A DNA stretch of 25,331 bases from IMG/VR virus record IMGVR_UViG_3300027808_000152, positions 1 through 25,331 of that record. One strand, 5' to 3'. Position 1 is the first letter of the stretch. The number at the start of each line of letters is the position of its first letter. Positions 7,899-16,744 of the stretch are shown here, piece after piece. Position numbers and translations under genes: made by a program. Source of the stretch: a virus (lineage: Duplodnaviria > Caudoviricetes). Under the pieces are notes generated by a model that was not told where the DNA came from, did no database searches, and worked only from the letters and a program-made list of their open reading frames with translations.

Positions 7899-8099
7899 AT
7901 GAAATATTGCGTAATTTGCAGCGAGGATATTGCAGAGGGGCGTTCCCTTTTAGGCTATAAAACTTGCCTATGCTGCGGAGAACGCAAAGCGAGGGAACAT
8001 CGTCATTGTATTGTTCCACTTCATAAATCTAACTATATTCCTGTTTTTAATTTAAAGGATTTAGTTGGTGTTAACTCTAAAGGTGGGCAAGTAAAATGA
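7899..8099 (+). CDS. C4 zinc-finger protein (DksA/TraR-like finger)
   Basis: CVICSEDIAEGR...TCLCC spacing. Confidence 0.7.
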   Translation: MKYCVICSEDIAEGRSLLGYKTCLCCGERKAREHRHCIVPLHKSNYIPVFNLKDLVGVNSKGGQVK

Positions 8100-8251
8100 A
8101 AGAATTAATGCACGATGTACTTGACATGAGACAAGCAGGTTTTTCAATTGAAGCTATTGCTGATGCACTTAAATGTTCTACGGCATTGGTTGAATCAGCT
8201 ATTGAATTTATAAATCAAATAGAAGAACACTATGATCAAAATAAGCCGTAG
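8096..8251 (+). CDS. small HTH-like protein (51 aa, not in ORF track)
   Basis: MKELMHDVLDMRQAGFSIEAIADALKCSTALVESAI...; overlaps both neighbours. Confidence 0.65.
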   Translation: MKELMHDVLDMRQAGFSIEAIADALKCSTALVESAIEFINQIEEHYDQNKP

Positions 8252-8789
8252 CCCTGAAAGAAATACCTTTCAAAAAGAAAATTATATAAAAAGACAAAGA
8301 ACAATAGGTAAAGAAGTTCTTACCGAATACTTAGAAATGTGGGAACGTATGCGTGAACAACATGAAGATAATCTTGTAAACCCAGAATGGCAAAAAAACA
8401 ACTTAGAATATGAATTACGAACTAATCAAGATATCTTGAATAAGGTGCGTAATAGTCGTGTTTATGCTCAAAATCTTTATGCGGCTATGTGTAATATGCG
8501 GTGGATAAAGTATGATAAACCTTGGTCATGTTCTTGGAGATACTCTGGTGGTATCATAGCAGATATGCGTGAAGAAGGCGATTATATAGATTGGTATTGC
8601 TCAGGCATTCGTTGTCGAGAAAGGATTTCAGCAGAAGACTGGATCAATCTTACTCCTGAGCAAGAGCAAAGATACACTGAGTCGTTAGACTTTGTAGGTG
8701 AAAGCTGTGTAACAGAAGAAATTAAAAAAGATTTATTAAACCTAGGTTGGATGCCTAAAGAGTGGGAACAAGATGAAAGTAGCAATTAA
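8232..8789 (+). CDS. conserved phage hypothetical protein
   Basis: 185 aa; YAQNLYAAMCN...WSCSWR...DYIDWYCSG. Confidence 0.8.
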   Translation: MIKISRSPERNTFQKENYIKRQRTIGKEVLTEYLEMWERMREQHEDNLVNPEWQKNNLEYELRTNQDILNKVRNSRVYAQNLYAAMCNMRWIKYDKPWSCSWRYSGGIIADMREEGDYIDWYCSGIRCRERISAEDWINLTPEQEQRYTESLDFVGESCVTEEIKKDLLNLGWMPKEWEQDESSN

Positions 8790-9138
8790 TCGTTGTTTTG
8801 GTGGTTTTGGGTTGAGCGAAAAAGCTTTTGAGCTTTTGCTTGCCAAAAAAGGCATAGCTTTTGAGAAGCAAGACTCAGGTTCCAGACTGCTTGGTAATGA
8901 GTACTATGTAGCAGGACACCTTGGAGATCAAGAATACTACCTTAGTGATTATCAGTATTGTGAAGATCGCTCAGACCCAGACCTAATTGCTGTGATCGAA
9001 CAGTTGGGAAAAGAATCAGATGGTTGGGCTGCTGATATTGCAGTAGTAGATATTCCAGAGGGTGTTGAGTGGCATATACACGAGTATGATGGTATTGAAC
9101 ATATCGCAGAAAATCACAGGTGCTGGTACGGTGACTAA
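8773..9138 (+). CDS. conserved phage hypothetical protein
   Basis: MKVAINRCFGGFGLS...IHEYDGIEHIAE pattern. Confidence 0.85.
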   Translation: MKVAINRCFGGFGLSEKAFELLLAKKGIAFEKQDSGSRLLGNEYYVAGHLGDQEYYLSDYQYCEDRSDPDLIAVIEQLGKESDGWAADIAVVDIPEGVEWHIHEYDGIEHIAENHRCWYGD

Positions 9139-9352
9139 TACTGATCTTAGACAAGATAGCAAAGGCAGAGTACCAGAATGGCAACCTGGGCAAAGAGTAT
9201 GGATTGCCTGTTTAAGTAGAGAAGCTACAGTTATTCAACAACTACTAAAGTGGGACTACCCCGAATCATTTTGGGGTAATGTGCTATTACAATATGATGA
9301 TGGAGTACAAGGTACTTCTAACTCATGGCAATTATCTAGAGTTATTACATAA
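9131..9352 (+). CDS. hypothetical protein
   Basis: In frame with track ORF 9062-9352; GTG start at 9131 chosen to avoid a long overlap. Confidence 0.65.
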   Translation: MTNTDLRQDSKGRVPEWQPGQRVWIACLSREATVIQQLLKWDYPESFWGNVLLQYDDGVQGTSNSWQLSRVIT

Positions 9353-9354
9353 AA

Positions 9355-9789
9355 ATGAAACAAGAATTTGATAAACTACTGTGCGAACGTTATCCAAAGA
9401 TGATGATAAATCGCAATAAGAATATGAAAGAAACCTGTATGTGTTGGGGATTTGAATGCGGCGATGGCTGGTTCAATATTCTAGACCAACTTATGGGTAA
9501 TATTCAACATCATATTGACTGGAATAATAAGAACTTTGAAAAAGGTTATAAGCAATATAAAGAAGTACCACAAGTTACACTAGATCAAGTTAAAGAAAAG
9601 TTTGGTACACTTCGTTTCTATTACTCTGGTGGTGATGATAAGGTTGATGGTATGGTTCGTATGGCAGAAAGCATGAGTGCAGTTACCTGTGAAGAATGTG
9701 GTAACCCAGGTAAGCAAGTAGGTGGTGGTTGGATTACTACTCTTTGCAAGACTCATGCTGAAATTAAGGGAATATACGGTGAGGAATAA
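9355..9789 (+). CDS. conserved phage hypothetical protein with C-terminal Zn-binding motif
   Basis: GFECGDGW...QVKEKFGTLRFY...CEECG...LCKTH. Confidence 0.85.
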   Translation: MKQEFDKLLCERYPKMMINRNKNMKETCMCWGFECGDGWFNILDQLMGNIQHHIDWNNKNFEKGYKQYKEVPQVTLDQVKEKFGTLRFYYSGGDDKVDGMVRMAESMSAVTCEECGNPGKQVGGGWITTLCKTHAEIKGIYGEE

Positions 9790-9982
9790 AAATAATCAGT
9801 TAACTCTAAATCGTAAACAGTTAGAGAAACTTAATAGTATTGTATCCCACTTTAAAGAAATAGATCAATTTACTATTAAAGTAAGCCACCTTAGCGGTAT
9901 TGGGCCTACTGTGGAGGTTGGTTTTGATCTTATCAATGAAATTGATGTTAAAGTAGATATTACAGATGTATCATCATGGTAA
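9779..9982 (+). CDS. hypothetical protein
   Basis: In frame with track ORF 9722-9982; GTG start inferred. Confidence 0.65.
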   Translation: MRNKNNQLTLNRKQLEKLNSIVSHFKEIDQFTIKVSHLSGIGPTVEVGFDLINEIDVKVDITDVSSW

Positions 9983-10170
9983 GCACTGAACAAACTCTTA
10001 AAGAGTGTAACGCTCTACTATTTGCCATGATAGGTAATAAAGAGTTGGTAGAAGTCTGGTGGCTAAGCTCTAATCTAGCATTTGGCGGTAAAACACCAGA
10101 AAGTGTTTTCTTGTACGATCCTAATTCAGTACTAAGATACATTTGGGGTTCTTGTGATGGTTATTGGTAA
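9976..10170 (+). CDS. Xre/MbcA/ParS C-terminal-like small protein
   Basis: WWLSSNLAFGGKTP resembles the W-L-x-x-P-N-x-A-L-G-G-x-T-P signature. Confidence 0.6.
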   Translation: MVSTEQTLKECNALLFAMIGNKELVEVWWLSSNLAFGGKTPESVFLYDPNSVLRYIWGSCDGYW

Positions 10171-10188
10171 ATAAATTGGAGTAAGATA

Positions 10189-10530
10189 ATGAGTTTAGAT
10201 GTTAATTTAATGGTTATTATGCCTATTCCTATTCATTCGCAGAATATTACCCATAATTTAGCTAATATGGCCAGTCAAGTTCATATTAATACTGAGTTAA
10301 CATTATACGATGTGTTGTGGAGGCCTGAGGAACATAATTTAGTGTATGCTAAAGATATATCTGATCACTTACATACAGCATGGAATATCTTGCTATCTGA
10401 GCCAGATTTTTACAAACAGTTTAATCCTGAGAATGGTTGGGGTAGTTATGATACTTTACTTGGTTTTGTATACAACTATCGTAATAAATGTTACGACAAC
10501 CCTGACGCACTAGTTGAGGTATCAAGATAA
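10189..10530 (+). CDS. conserved phage hypothetical protein
   Basis: GGAG RBS; NITHNL...FNPENGWGSY. Confidence 0.8.
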   Translation: MSLDVNLMVIMPIPIHSQNITHNLANMASQVHINTELTLYDVLWRPEEHNLVYAKDISDHLHTAWNILLSEPDFYKQFNPENGWGSYDTLLGFVYNYRNKCYDNPDALVEVSR

Positions 10531-10724
10531 TGAAAATTTCCAGAGCCGAACAGTATAGCCATAAAGTATGGCAACTTGAACTACAAAAGCAAAAAGATGC
10601 TCGTGAAGCTGCTTATCAAAAGGCATTAGAAAAGCGCACATTTGATAATATTATAGCTGAAAGAGTAGCTAGAAATATTCGTTTAGACCTTGATAAAGGT
10701 CGCAATATTGATATTGAGTGTTAA
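10530..10724 (+). CDS. hypothetical protein
   Basis: 64-aa ORF coupled to the previous stop. Confidence 0.7.
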   Translation: MKISRAEQYSHKVWQLELQKQKDAREAAYQKALEKRTFDNIIAERVARNIRLDLDKGRNIDIEC

Positions 10725-10727
10725 GTT

Positions 10728-10952
10728 ATGAACTTTCAAATAAAAGAAATTGTGGATATGGCAAACTCAGTAGGTGATGATTTTACTAAACAAATCGTAC
10801 AACTAACTGCTCGCCATTGTGTCCGTTTAGCCTTTTTAAACCCTAAACTAGATAGTATACAATTAAGTAACGTAATATCTAAAGAGTTTGATCTGCCCTT
10901 GGATAACTATGACCATTCGGAGTACTACTTCGATATAACAAGGAATCGTTAA
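10728..10952 (+). CDS. hypothetical protein
   Basis: 74-aa ORF in a tightly packed operon. Confidence 0.7.
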   Translation: MNFQIKEIVDMANSVGDDFTKQIVQLTARHCVRLAFLNPKLDSIQLSNVISKEFDLPLDNYDHSEYYFDITRNR

Positions 10953-11134
10953 TGACTCCAAATGAAAGATTAAGAGAAATTATGGTACTTATAGATAGTA
11001 CTATTAGTTTAACAGATGACCCTAAAGAACTAATATTACTATCTTATGCCATGGCTCATAGATCAAAAGAGTTACTAGACAGGGCAATAGGCCCAGAACA
11101 AAGAAGAATGTTAATGAGAGAGTTAGCAAAATGA
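10952..11134 (+). CDS. hypothetical protein
   Basis: 60-aa ORF coupled at both ends. Confidence 0.7.
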   Translation: MTPNERLREIMVLIDSTISLTDDPKELILLSYAMAHRSKELLDRAIGPEQRRMLMRELAK

Positions 11135-12042
11135 AGAGAGTAGTGTTTTTTGTTGAACCAGAGTGGGCATACGGTGTAATACACTACGACCTCAGTAAGT
11201 GGCTTCAACGACACAATATCCGAGCATCCGTGATGCCTTGGAATAGACAGTATACCTTTCAAGAGGTACAAGATTTAGCACAGCATATAGATTATTTCGT
11301 CTCCACTCCTTATGGACTGGAGGCGTTATGCATTCATCACTACGGAATTCAACCCGAGCAGTGCATTGTAGTTTGCCACTCCAGAGAAGATGTAAATTAC
11401 TTCTTAGATAAATTACCTGTAGACTTTCAAAATAGAATACTTAAATGGGCTGCTGTTAGTGATTGGGTTCGCGGCGAGTGGCAAGACCTTTTAGGGACTC
11501 AAGAAAGACAGCGTGCTATTGATGTTACTCCTTTAGGTATTGACTATTGGAACTTTCACTCACCAATAGCTGAACGATTAGAATCAGTTGGATATGCAGG
11601 TGCCTATAGAATTGGTCATAATGATCATATTAAACGCACTGATTTAGTAGATCGAATATGTGAACGATCTGGATTACCGCTAAAAGTGGCTATACAGTAT
11701 CATAACCTATTTACTACTATGCAAGGTTTCTATCCCCAGGTTGGCGCAGTTCTTATAACTTCAACACATGAAGGAGCAGGGCTTCCTGCTCTTGAAGCTG
11801 CGGCTGCAGGTAGATTAGTATTATCTACACCTGTAGGTCACTGGGAGCGAATAAGCCCTACTGGGTGTATAGAGCTTCCTTTAGAAGCCGAAGCTTTAGT
11901 AGAACACTGCGCCGAGGCTTTGAGTTACTATAAAAATAATCCTAGTGAATATAGAACGCGTTGTTTACAAATTCAGGAATATGCAAAATCTTATGACTGG
12001 TCAGCAGGACCTATTGACCAGTGGGCAACACTTCTATCATGA
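11131..12042 (+). CDS. GT-B fold glycosyltransferase (GT4-like)
   Basis: LITSTHEGAGLPALEAAAAGRLVLSTPVG matches the EX7E nucleotide-sugar motif; C-terminal YDWS. Confidence 0.85.
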   Translation: MKRVVFFVEPEWAYGVIHYDLSKWLQRHNIRASVMPWNRQYTFQEVQDLAQHIDYFVSTPYGLEALCIHHYGIQPEQCIVVCHSREDVNYFLDKLPVDFQNRILKWAAVSDWVRGEWQDLLGTQERQRAIDVTPLGIDYWNFHSPIAERLESVGYAGAYRIGHNDHIKRTDLVDRICERSGLPLKVAIQYHNLFTTMQGFYPQVGAVLITSTHEGAGLPALEAAAAGRLVLSTPVGHWERISPTGCIELPLEAEALVEHCAEALSYYKNNPSEYRTRCLQIQEYAKSYDWSAGPIDQWATLLS

Positions 12043-12236
12043 AATATTGGAAATATGTAGTCGAAGAAGACTACGAGGGTGAACATTTTGGTTTTAGCTT
12101 AATATCTGAAAAAGATATTATTAAAGATTACTTCCCTGAATGGGAACGTGATATGAAAAGTATGGGTAGAGAAGATGAGATATCCTATGAAAATTGTATT
12201 CAAGAGTGGGTTATCTACTATCAAGCCTGGCAATAA
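12039..12236 (+). CDS. hypothetical protein
   Basis: ATGA-coupled start at 12039, in frame with track ORF. Confidence 0.7.
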   Translation: MKYWKYVVEEDYEGEHFGFSLISEKDIIKDYFPEWERDMKSMGREDEISYENCIQEWVIYYQAWQ

Positions 12237-12247
12237 AAAATATTTAT

Positions 12248-12276
12248 TTGATTTCTTAATCAAACCGCATTATAAT
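12248..12276 (+). promoter_or_regulatory. sigma70-type promoter
   Basis: TTGATT-17-TATAAT. Confidence 0.7.
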
Positions 12277-12278
12277 AT

Positions 12279-12434
12279 ATGAAATACTTAATAAACTTCT
12301 TAGCCGTTATATATTGGATAGCTGGCATAGTAATTGCTAAGGGCTTTTGGAGCACCTTTTTTGCAATTATCTTCCCGTTATGGGCATACTATTTATTACT
12401 TGAACGACTAATACAACAATACCTACCATCATGA
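12279..12434 (+). CDS. small membrane protein (51 aa, not in ORF track)
   Basis: MKYLINFLAVIYWIAGIVIAKGFWSTFFAIIFPLWAYYLLLE...; ATGA-coupled to the next gene. Confidence 0.6.
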   Translation: MKYLINFLAVIYWIAGIVIAKGFWSTFFAIIFPLWAYYLLLERLIQQYLPS

Positions 12435-13288
12435 AAATTTCAATTTGCAGCGATCTCCACCTTGAGTTTGGGGATCTTGATATTAAAAATACTGATCAAG
12501 CCGAAGTGCTTGTGTTAGCTGGAGACATTTGCGTTGCCAGAGATCTCTTAAAATTCAATGACACAGAGCTTCCTGGCTTTGCAAACTTTCGTAGCCAACG
12601 CTACCATGAGTTCTTTCAGCGTGTTTGCCAAGAGTGGAAGCATGTTATCTATGTTATGGGTAACCATGAGCACTATCATGGAGATTTTGCTACTACTGTG
12701 GCACATATTCGTGAATGCCTTGGCTACAATGTTAATCTTCATGTTCTTGACAAAGAGTGTGTTTTTATTAACGACATTCGCTTTGTTTGTGGTACTCTTT
12801 GGACAGACATGAACAAAGAAGATGAGTTAACACTGTACTCTATTGGTGGAGTTATGAACGATTTCCGTCTTATCAAAGACAGTCGTGAGCCAGTACACTT
12901 CCGTGATGAAGAAGGTACTTTTAGAACTCGTCTAGGCAGTTTTAGTCCTCAGGCATCTGTTGAAGATCATAAAGCAATGATTGAACTTATCCAAGACGAG
13001 TGTGCTCTTGATTGGGATAAAATTGTAGTGGTTGGACACCACGCGCCTTCGAAGTTGAGTACTCATCCTCGTTACAAGTCGGAAACCATAGTTAATGGTG
13101 CTTACAGCAGTAACTTAGACGAGTTTATGCTGGATAATCCAAAGATTAAAGCATGGATTCATGGTCACACTCATGAGAGTTTTGACTATATGATTGGATC
13201 GTGTAGAGTTGTATGCAACCCACGCGGATACATTGGACACGAAAGCCGTGCTGATAGTTATGTACCACAGACCATAGAAATTTCTTAA
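12431..13288 (+). CDS. calcineurin-like metallophosphoesterase
   Basis: SDLH, LAGD, GNHE, HHAP, HGHTH, NPRGY motifs. Confidence 0.92.
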   Translation: MKISICSDLHLEFGDLDIKNTDQAEVLVLAGDICVARDLLKFNDTELPGFANFRSQRYHEFFQRVCQEWKHVIYVMGNHEHYHGDFATTVAHIRECLGYNVNLHVLDKECVFINDIRFVCGTLWTDMNKEDELTLYSIGGVMNDFRLIKDSREPVHFRDEEGTFRTRLGSFSPQASVEDHKAMIELIQDECALDWDKIVVVGHHAPSKLSTHPRYKSETIVNGAYSSNLDEFMLDNPKIKAWIHGHTHESFDYMIGSCRVVCNPRGYIGHESRADSYVPQTIEIS

Positions 13289-13298
13289 GTTTAGGGTC

Positions 13299-13348
13299 AA
13301 AGGGGCAGTTATAGGTCAAAATTATTGACTTGTACTGCCCCTTTTTTT
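13299..13348 (+). terminator. long-stem intrinsic terminator overlapping the next promoter
   Basis: AAAGGGGCAGT/ACTGCCCCTTT outer stem, ATAGGTCAA/TTGACTTGT inner stem, T7 tail. Confidence 0.75.
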
Positions 13349-13358
13349 GTGTTATAAT
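13330..13358 (+). promoter_or_regulatory. sigma70-type promoter
   Basis: TTGTAC-17-TATAAT with TGn extension. Confidence 0.65.
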
Positions 13359-13364
13359 TATATT

Positions 13365-13586
13365 ATGAAAAACGAAACGGTGACCACTATGTCTCAAAAA
13401 AGTAAAGCTCTTATAAATACAATTGCAGTATTAATTTTATCTGTTGCCTTTATGGTAACAGTTCACTGGCTAGTAGAACTTATTAGCTCTAGTATTATTG
13501 CTACTGCAATTGCCATTTTTATTTGGGGAATTGTGATCTATAAGCTATGCGTAGCTTATGAAAATGTACAAAAAGTTTTGGAATAA
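13365..13586 (+). CDS. small 2-TM membrane protein
   Basis: Two hydrophobic segments; start moved downstream of the -10. Confidence 0.65.
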   Translation: MKNETVTTMSQKSKALINTIAVLILSVAFMVTVHWLVELISSSIIATAIAIFIWGIVIYKLCVAYENVQKVLE

Positions 13587-13601
13587 ATAGGAATAAATAT
13601 A

Positions 13602-13814
13602 ATGATTAACTGGTTTAACACTTACGCTTCATTTTGCAAAATGCCTGAGTTTATAGCACCTACTTATTGGGTAGGTCCTACTGGTGATGGTCGTATGAGT
13701 CTTCGTATTGGTACTGGACCTGTTTTGCATATGACTAGATCTGAGTGCCAGGCTTTGATTGATACTCTTTCTGCTATTGGTTGCCAGCTTCCAGAGGATA
13801 CTGAAAATGATTGA
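13602..13814 (+). CDS. hypothetical protein
   Basis: 70-aa ORF, AGGA RBS. Confidence 0.7.
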   Translation: MINWFNTYASFCKMPEFIAPTYWVGPTGDGRMSLRIGTGPVLHMTRSECQALIDTLSAIGCQLPEDTEND

Positions 13815-13911
13815 AGCCATTACTATTATCCTAGTGGTTGTTGTTGGTATAAATGTTCTAACAACAGTGTCACCAAGATTCCGCCGATGGATATACAAGG
13901 ACAAAGAATGA
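13807..13911 (+). CDS. small single-TM protein (34 aa, not in ORF track)
   Basis: MIEAITIILVVVVGINVLTTVSPRFRRWIYKDKE; overlaps neighbours. Confidence 0.5.
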   Translation: MIEAITIILVVVVGINVLTTVSPRFRRWIYKDKE

Positions 13912-14003
13912 ACTTCTTTTGGGGATTCTTATTGGGTCTTATAGTGGGAGTGTTATATATGGCATACCGTTCTAATCAAGATGACAGGACAACCACACCA
14001 TGA
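13908..14003 (+). CDS. small single-TM protein (31 aa, not in ORF track)
   Basis: MNFFWGFLLGLIVGVLYMAYRSNQDDRTTTP; ATGA overlaps at both ends. Confidence 0.5.
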   Translation: MNFFWGFLLGLIVGVLYMAYRSNQDDRTTTP

Positions 14004-14209
14004 ACGAACGAATTAAACAACTTGCCAATATCTGGGCCAATCGCAGAGCAGAAGATGAAAAGCTAGGTATCGTCTATACTTTTAGTGAGCCAGCATTAGA
14101 ACAGTTCGCCCAGTTGATTGTGCAGGAGTGCGTTCACCTATTTGGTGTTACCCGTACTGAGCCTTCACTAGAAAAGTTTATTTTAGATAGGCTTGGAGTT
14201 CACCAATGA
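14000..14209 (+). CDS. small protein, MNERI paralog 1
   Basis: MNERIKQLA...EQFAQLIVQEC...LGV. Confidence 0.75.
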   Translation: MNERIKQLANIWANRRAEDEKLGIVYTFSEPALEQFAQLIVQECVHLFGVTRTEPSLEKFILDRLGVHQ

Positions 14210-14427
14210 GCTCGTCAACTGGTATAACTGGCTTTATTGAAATCTTTGAAGCACGCCTTCAAAAGATGAAGTTACATCTTAAAGAAGAGCTAAGCAAAGC
14301 CAAAGGTGATAGAAATCGTAAAGCCATACGCCATATGCTTGCTGATGCTAGAAAACTTAATAAAAGTTTAAAAGAGATGCGAAATGCAGCAGCTAAACTG
14401 TGCCCGCATTGTGGAGAGAAACTATGA
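14206..14427 (+). CDS. coiled-coil protein with C-terminal CPHC
   Basis: 73-aa ORF with ATGA overlaps. Confidence 0.75.
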   Translation: MSSSTGITGFIEIFEARLQKMKLHLKEELSKAKGDRNRKAIRHMLADARKLNKSLKEMRNAAAKLCPHCGEKL

Positions 14428-14642
14428 ACGAACGAATTCGACTACTTGCTGAACAGGCTACCTCTTACATTGACCCATCAGCCAATGATGGCGTGTGTTG
14501 GCACTTTGACAAAGAAAAGTTTGCCGAGTTGATTGTCAAGGAATGTGCTAATGAAATTCTTAAATGGAAGTCTGAGCCATTTCCCTACGATCCTGAGTTT
14601 GGGGCAAAACTAATTAAAGAACATTTTGGAGTTGAATCGTGA
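14424..14642 (+). CDS. small protein, MNERI paralog 2
   Basis: MNERIRLLAEQA...EKFAELIVKEC...IKEHFGV; ATGA-coupled start. Confidence 0.8.
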   Translation: MNERIRLLAEQATSYIDPSANDGVCWHFDKEKFAELIVKECANEILKWKSEPFPYDPEFGAKLIKEHFGVES

Positions 14643-14754
14643 CTGAAGGAGAACAGGCAGGACGCTGGGCTATGCTGTACATCTACACGGCCTTGTTTAC
14701 TTTAGGGTTTACTATTGTATCTATTTCGGTTTCGTTTATTCGGGGGTGGTTTTT

Positions 14755-14955
14755 ATGAGCAAACTAATTCGACAACTTGTTGAACAAGCCACAACCATTG
14801 AAGAGCACGGATGGGGTGCGAGTTATGCTAACTTTGATCAAGAGAAGTTTGCTAAGTTAATTATATTTGAATGTACAAAGTTAGCCGTATTCCGTGGTGA
14901 TGCAGCAACAGCTAAAGCTATTAGAGAACATTTTGGGGTTAAAGATGAAAGTTAA
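14755..14955 (+). CDS. small protein, MNERI paralog 3
   Basis: MSKLIRQLVEQA...EKFAKLIIFEC...IREHFGV. Confidence 0.75.
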   Translation: MSKLIRQLVEQATTIEEHGWGASYANFDQEKFAKLIIFECTKLAVFRGDAATAKAIREHFGVKDES

Positions 14956-15631
14956 AATCGGTAAATATACAAACTGGGTTGGTCCTTATCAGATTGCTGA
15001 AATGCTCTGCTTTTGGGTTAAGCCTGGAAAAGATGAGTATGGTATGAAGTCTAAGCCTGACTGGGTTCACGAGTTTGGTCGTTGGCTGGGTGAGGATAAA
15101 CAAGGTAACGATAGCTGGCTTACTAAAGCCTGCCAGTGGGTTGAGTCTAAGAAATCTCGTACCATTAAAGTACACATTGATCGTTGGGATACTTGGGGCA
15201 TGGATAATACTCTTGCTCATATCATCCTGCCTATGCTCAAACAACTGAAGGCTACCAAGCACGGAGCGCCTTGTGTTGACGACGAAGATGTACCTGAGCA
15301 CCTGCGTAGCACTGCAGCTGCAGAAAAAGAAAACGACTGGGACACAGATAGCAACCACTTTCTCCGGTGGGATTGGGTGCTGGATGAAATGATTCAGGCA
15401 TTTGAGTGCAAAGTCTCTGACAACTGGGATGCTGCTTACCACTCAGGCACTCACGACTTTAAGTCAGTGCCTTGCAAGTGGGATGACGCAGGAAAGCCTA
15501 CCTTATTTCAAATGGAAAAAGGACCAAAAGACACATACGAGTGCGACTATGAAGCACTTCGTGCACACGAAGCACGTAATCAAAATGGTTACCGCTTATT
15601 TGGAAAATACTATCAAAACCTTTGGGACTAA
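14945..15631 (+). CDS. conserved phage hypothetical protein
   Basis: MKVKIGKY...WDTWGMDNTLAHIILPML...LFGKYYQNLWD. Confidence 0.85.
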   Translation: MKVKIGKYTNWVGPYQIAEMLCFWVKPGKDEYGMKSKPDWVHEFGRWLGEDKQGNDSWLTKACQWVESKKSRTIKVHIDRWDTWGMDNTLAHIILPMLKQLKATKHGAPCVDDEDVPEHLRSTAAAEKENDWDTDSNHFLRWDWVLDEMIQAFECKVSDNWDAAYHSGTHDFKSVPCKWDDAGKPTLFQMEKGPKDTYECDYEALRAHEARNQNGYRLFGKYYQNLWD

Positions 15632-15632
15632 T

Positions 15633-16511
15633 ATGTCTAATATCACGGCTGCTGTTATTCAAGACAGCATTTATCAAGGCACAAGAATAACCACATTTGA
15701 ACTAGAGTATCCACGCTTTATTCATGCGGAACTTCTTACTCACCGACAACTATCACGCAACTCAGCTAGCTCAAGGGCTATTCCTGTTGCAAAGATGCTG
15801 GATCTGTTAGAAACTAATCCTGCTAAGCCCGAGCACTGGGGCAAGAACGAGCCTGGAATGTCAGCTAGAGCAGAGATCGCTGAGCGAGATCAAGCTGAAG
15901 CCACTTGGCTGGAAGCTAAAGTTTATGCTCAAAAGCACTGCCAAACTCTTTTAGACCTAGGAGTTCACAAGCAGATCTCAAATAGGATCACTGAGCCTTT
16001 TCAGATGATTAAGGTGGTTGTCACAGCCACTGAGTGGGATAACTGGTACGCTCTTCGCAATCATCAAGACGCTCAACCTGAGATTCAAATATTAGCACAA
16101 CGCATGCGACTAGCTCATGACTGGAGCCGGCCCCTAGAGCTTACTCAAGGCGACTGGCATGTGCCCTATGTAGACCGTGAAATTCAAAATGGTCAAATAT
16201 TTTACAAAGCCGCTGGTGAGCATTGCACGCGCCCACAGGCCCGATTAGTATCAGCTAGCTGTTGTGCTCAGGTTAGTTACCGCCGATTAGACCAAAGCTT
16301 AGAGAAGGCCCTACAAATTGCTCAAAAGTTAGTGGCTGGCCGACCTTGGCACGCCAGTCCATTTGAACATCAAGCAAAACCCATGCTAAGCAATCTACAA
16401 CCACACATCTGGGAGCCAGGAGCTACGCATCAAGATCGTGAAGCTAAGTTTTGGTCAGGCAATTTTAAAGGATGGATTCAGCACCGCCAACTCTTAGAGC
16501 AAGCTGAGTGA
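15633..16511 (+). CDS. thyX: flavin-dependent thymidylate synthase (ThyX/Thy1-like)
   Basis: ELLTHRQLSRNSASSRAIP (RHRx7S-type motif), HKQxxNRxxEPF, AQPEI; start at 15633 directly after the previous stop. Confidence 0.8.
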   Translation: MSNITAAVIQDSIYQGTRITTFELEYPRFIHAELLTHRQLSRNSASSRAIPVAKMLDLLETNPAKPEHWGKNEPGMSARAEIAERDQAEATWLEAKVYAQKHCQTLLDLGVHKQISNRITEPFQMIKVVVTATEWDNWYALRNHQDAQPEIQILAQRMRLAHDWSRPLELTQGDWHVPYVDREIQNGQIFYKAAGEHCTRPQARLVSASCCAQVSYRRLDQSLEKALQIAQKLVAGRPWHASPFEHQAKPMLSNLQPHIWEPGATHQDREAKFWSGNFKGWIQHRQLLEQAE

Positions 16512-16587
16512 CCTGACCCTAAACCGCCTAAACCTCAGCTACCCTACGCATATTTTAGTGTATTTTTACCTGAGTAAAAAATAACGC

Positions 16588-16616
16588 TTGACTTATGAAA
16601 AAATTCATGATATAAT
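16588..16616 (+). promoter_or_regulatory. sigma70-type promoter
   Basis: TTGACT-17-TATAAT with TGn extension. Confidence 0.85.
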
Positions 16617-16642
16617 AAGTGATAATTAAATAATTCGAGCAC

Positions 16643-16744
16643 AGGGGACCTCAATATGCAAAGAGGAAGCACCTTGCGCGAAGGGGTCAGAGGATGAGTC
16701 AAGCAAGGTAAGCTTACGTAGTTTGCATTAATTGAGGGTCCCCT
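16643..16744 (+). other. rod-like interrupted hairpin in a ~180-nt leader
   Basis: Nested arms AGGGGACCTCAAT/ATTGAGGGTCCCCT, ATGCAAA/TTTGCAT, AAGC/GCTT, ACCTTGC/GCAAGGT. Confidence 0.6.

Noticed and set aside
7359-15442. Minus-strand and alternative-frame track ORFs in the plus-strand block (7359, 7550, 8582, 8942, 9960, 11056, 12548, 12558, 13115, 13146, 13629, 14939)
   Set aside because: They overlap tightly coupled, recognisable plus-strand genes and show no motifs
15402-15632. 77-aa N-terminal extension of ThyX in the ORF track
   Set aside because: Overlaps the upstream gene in another frame; ThyX-like sequence begins at ATG 15633
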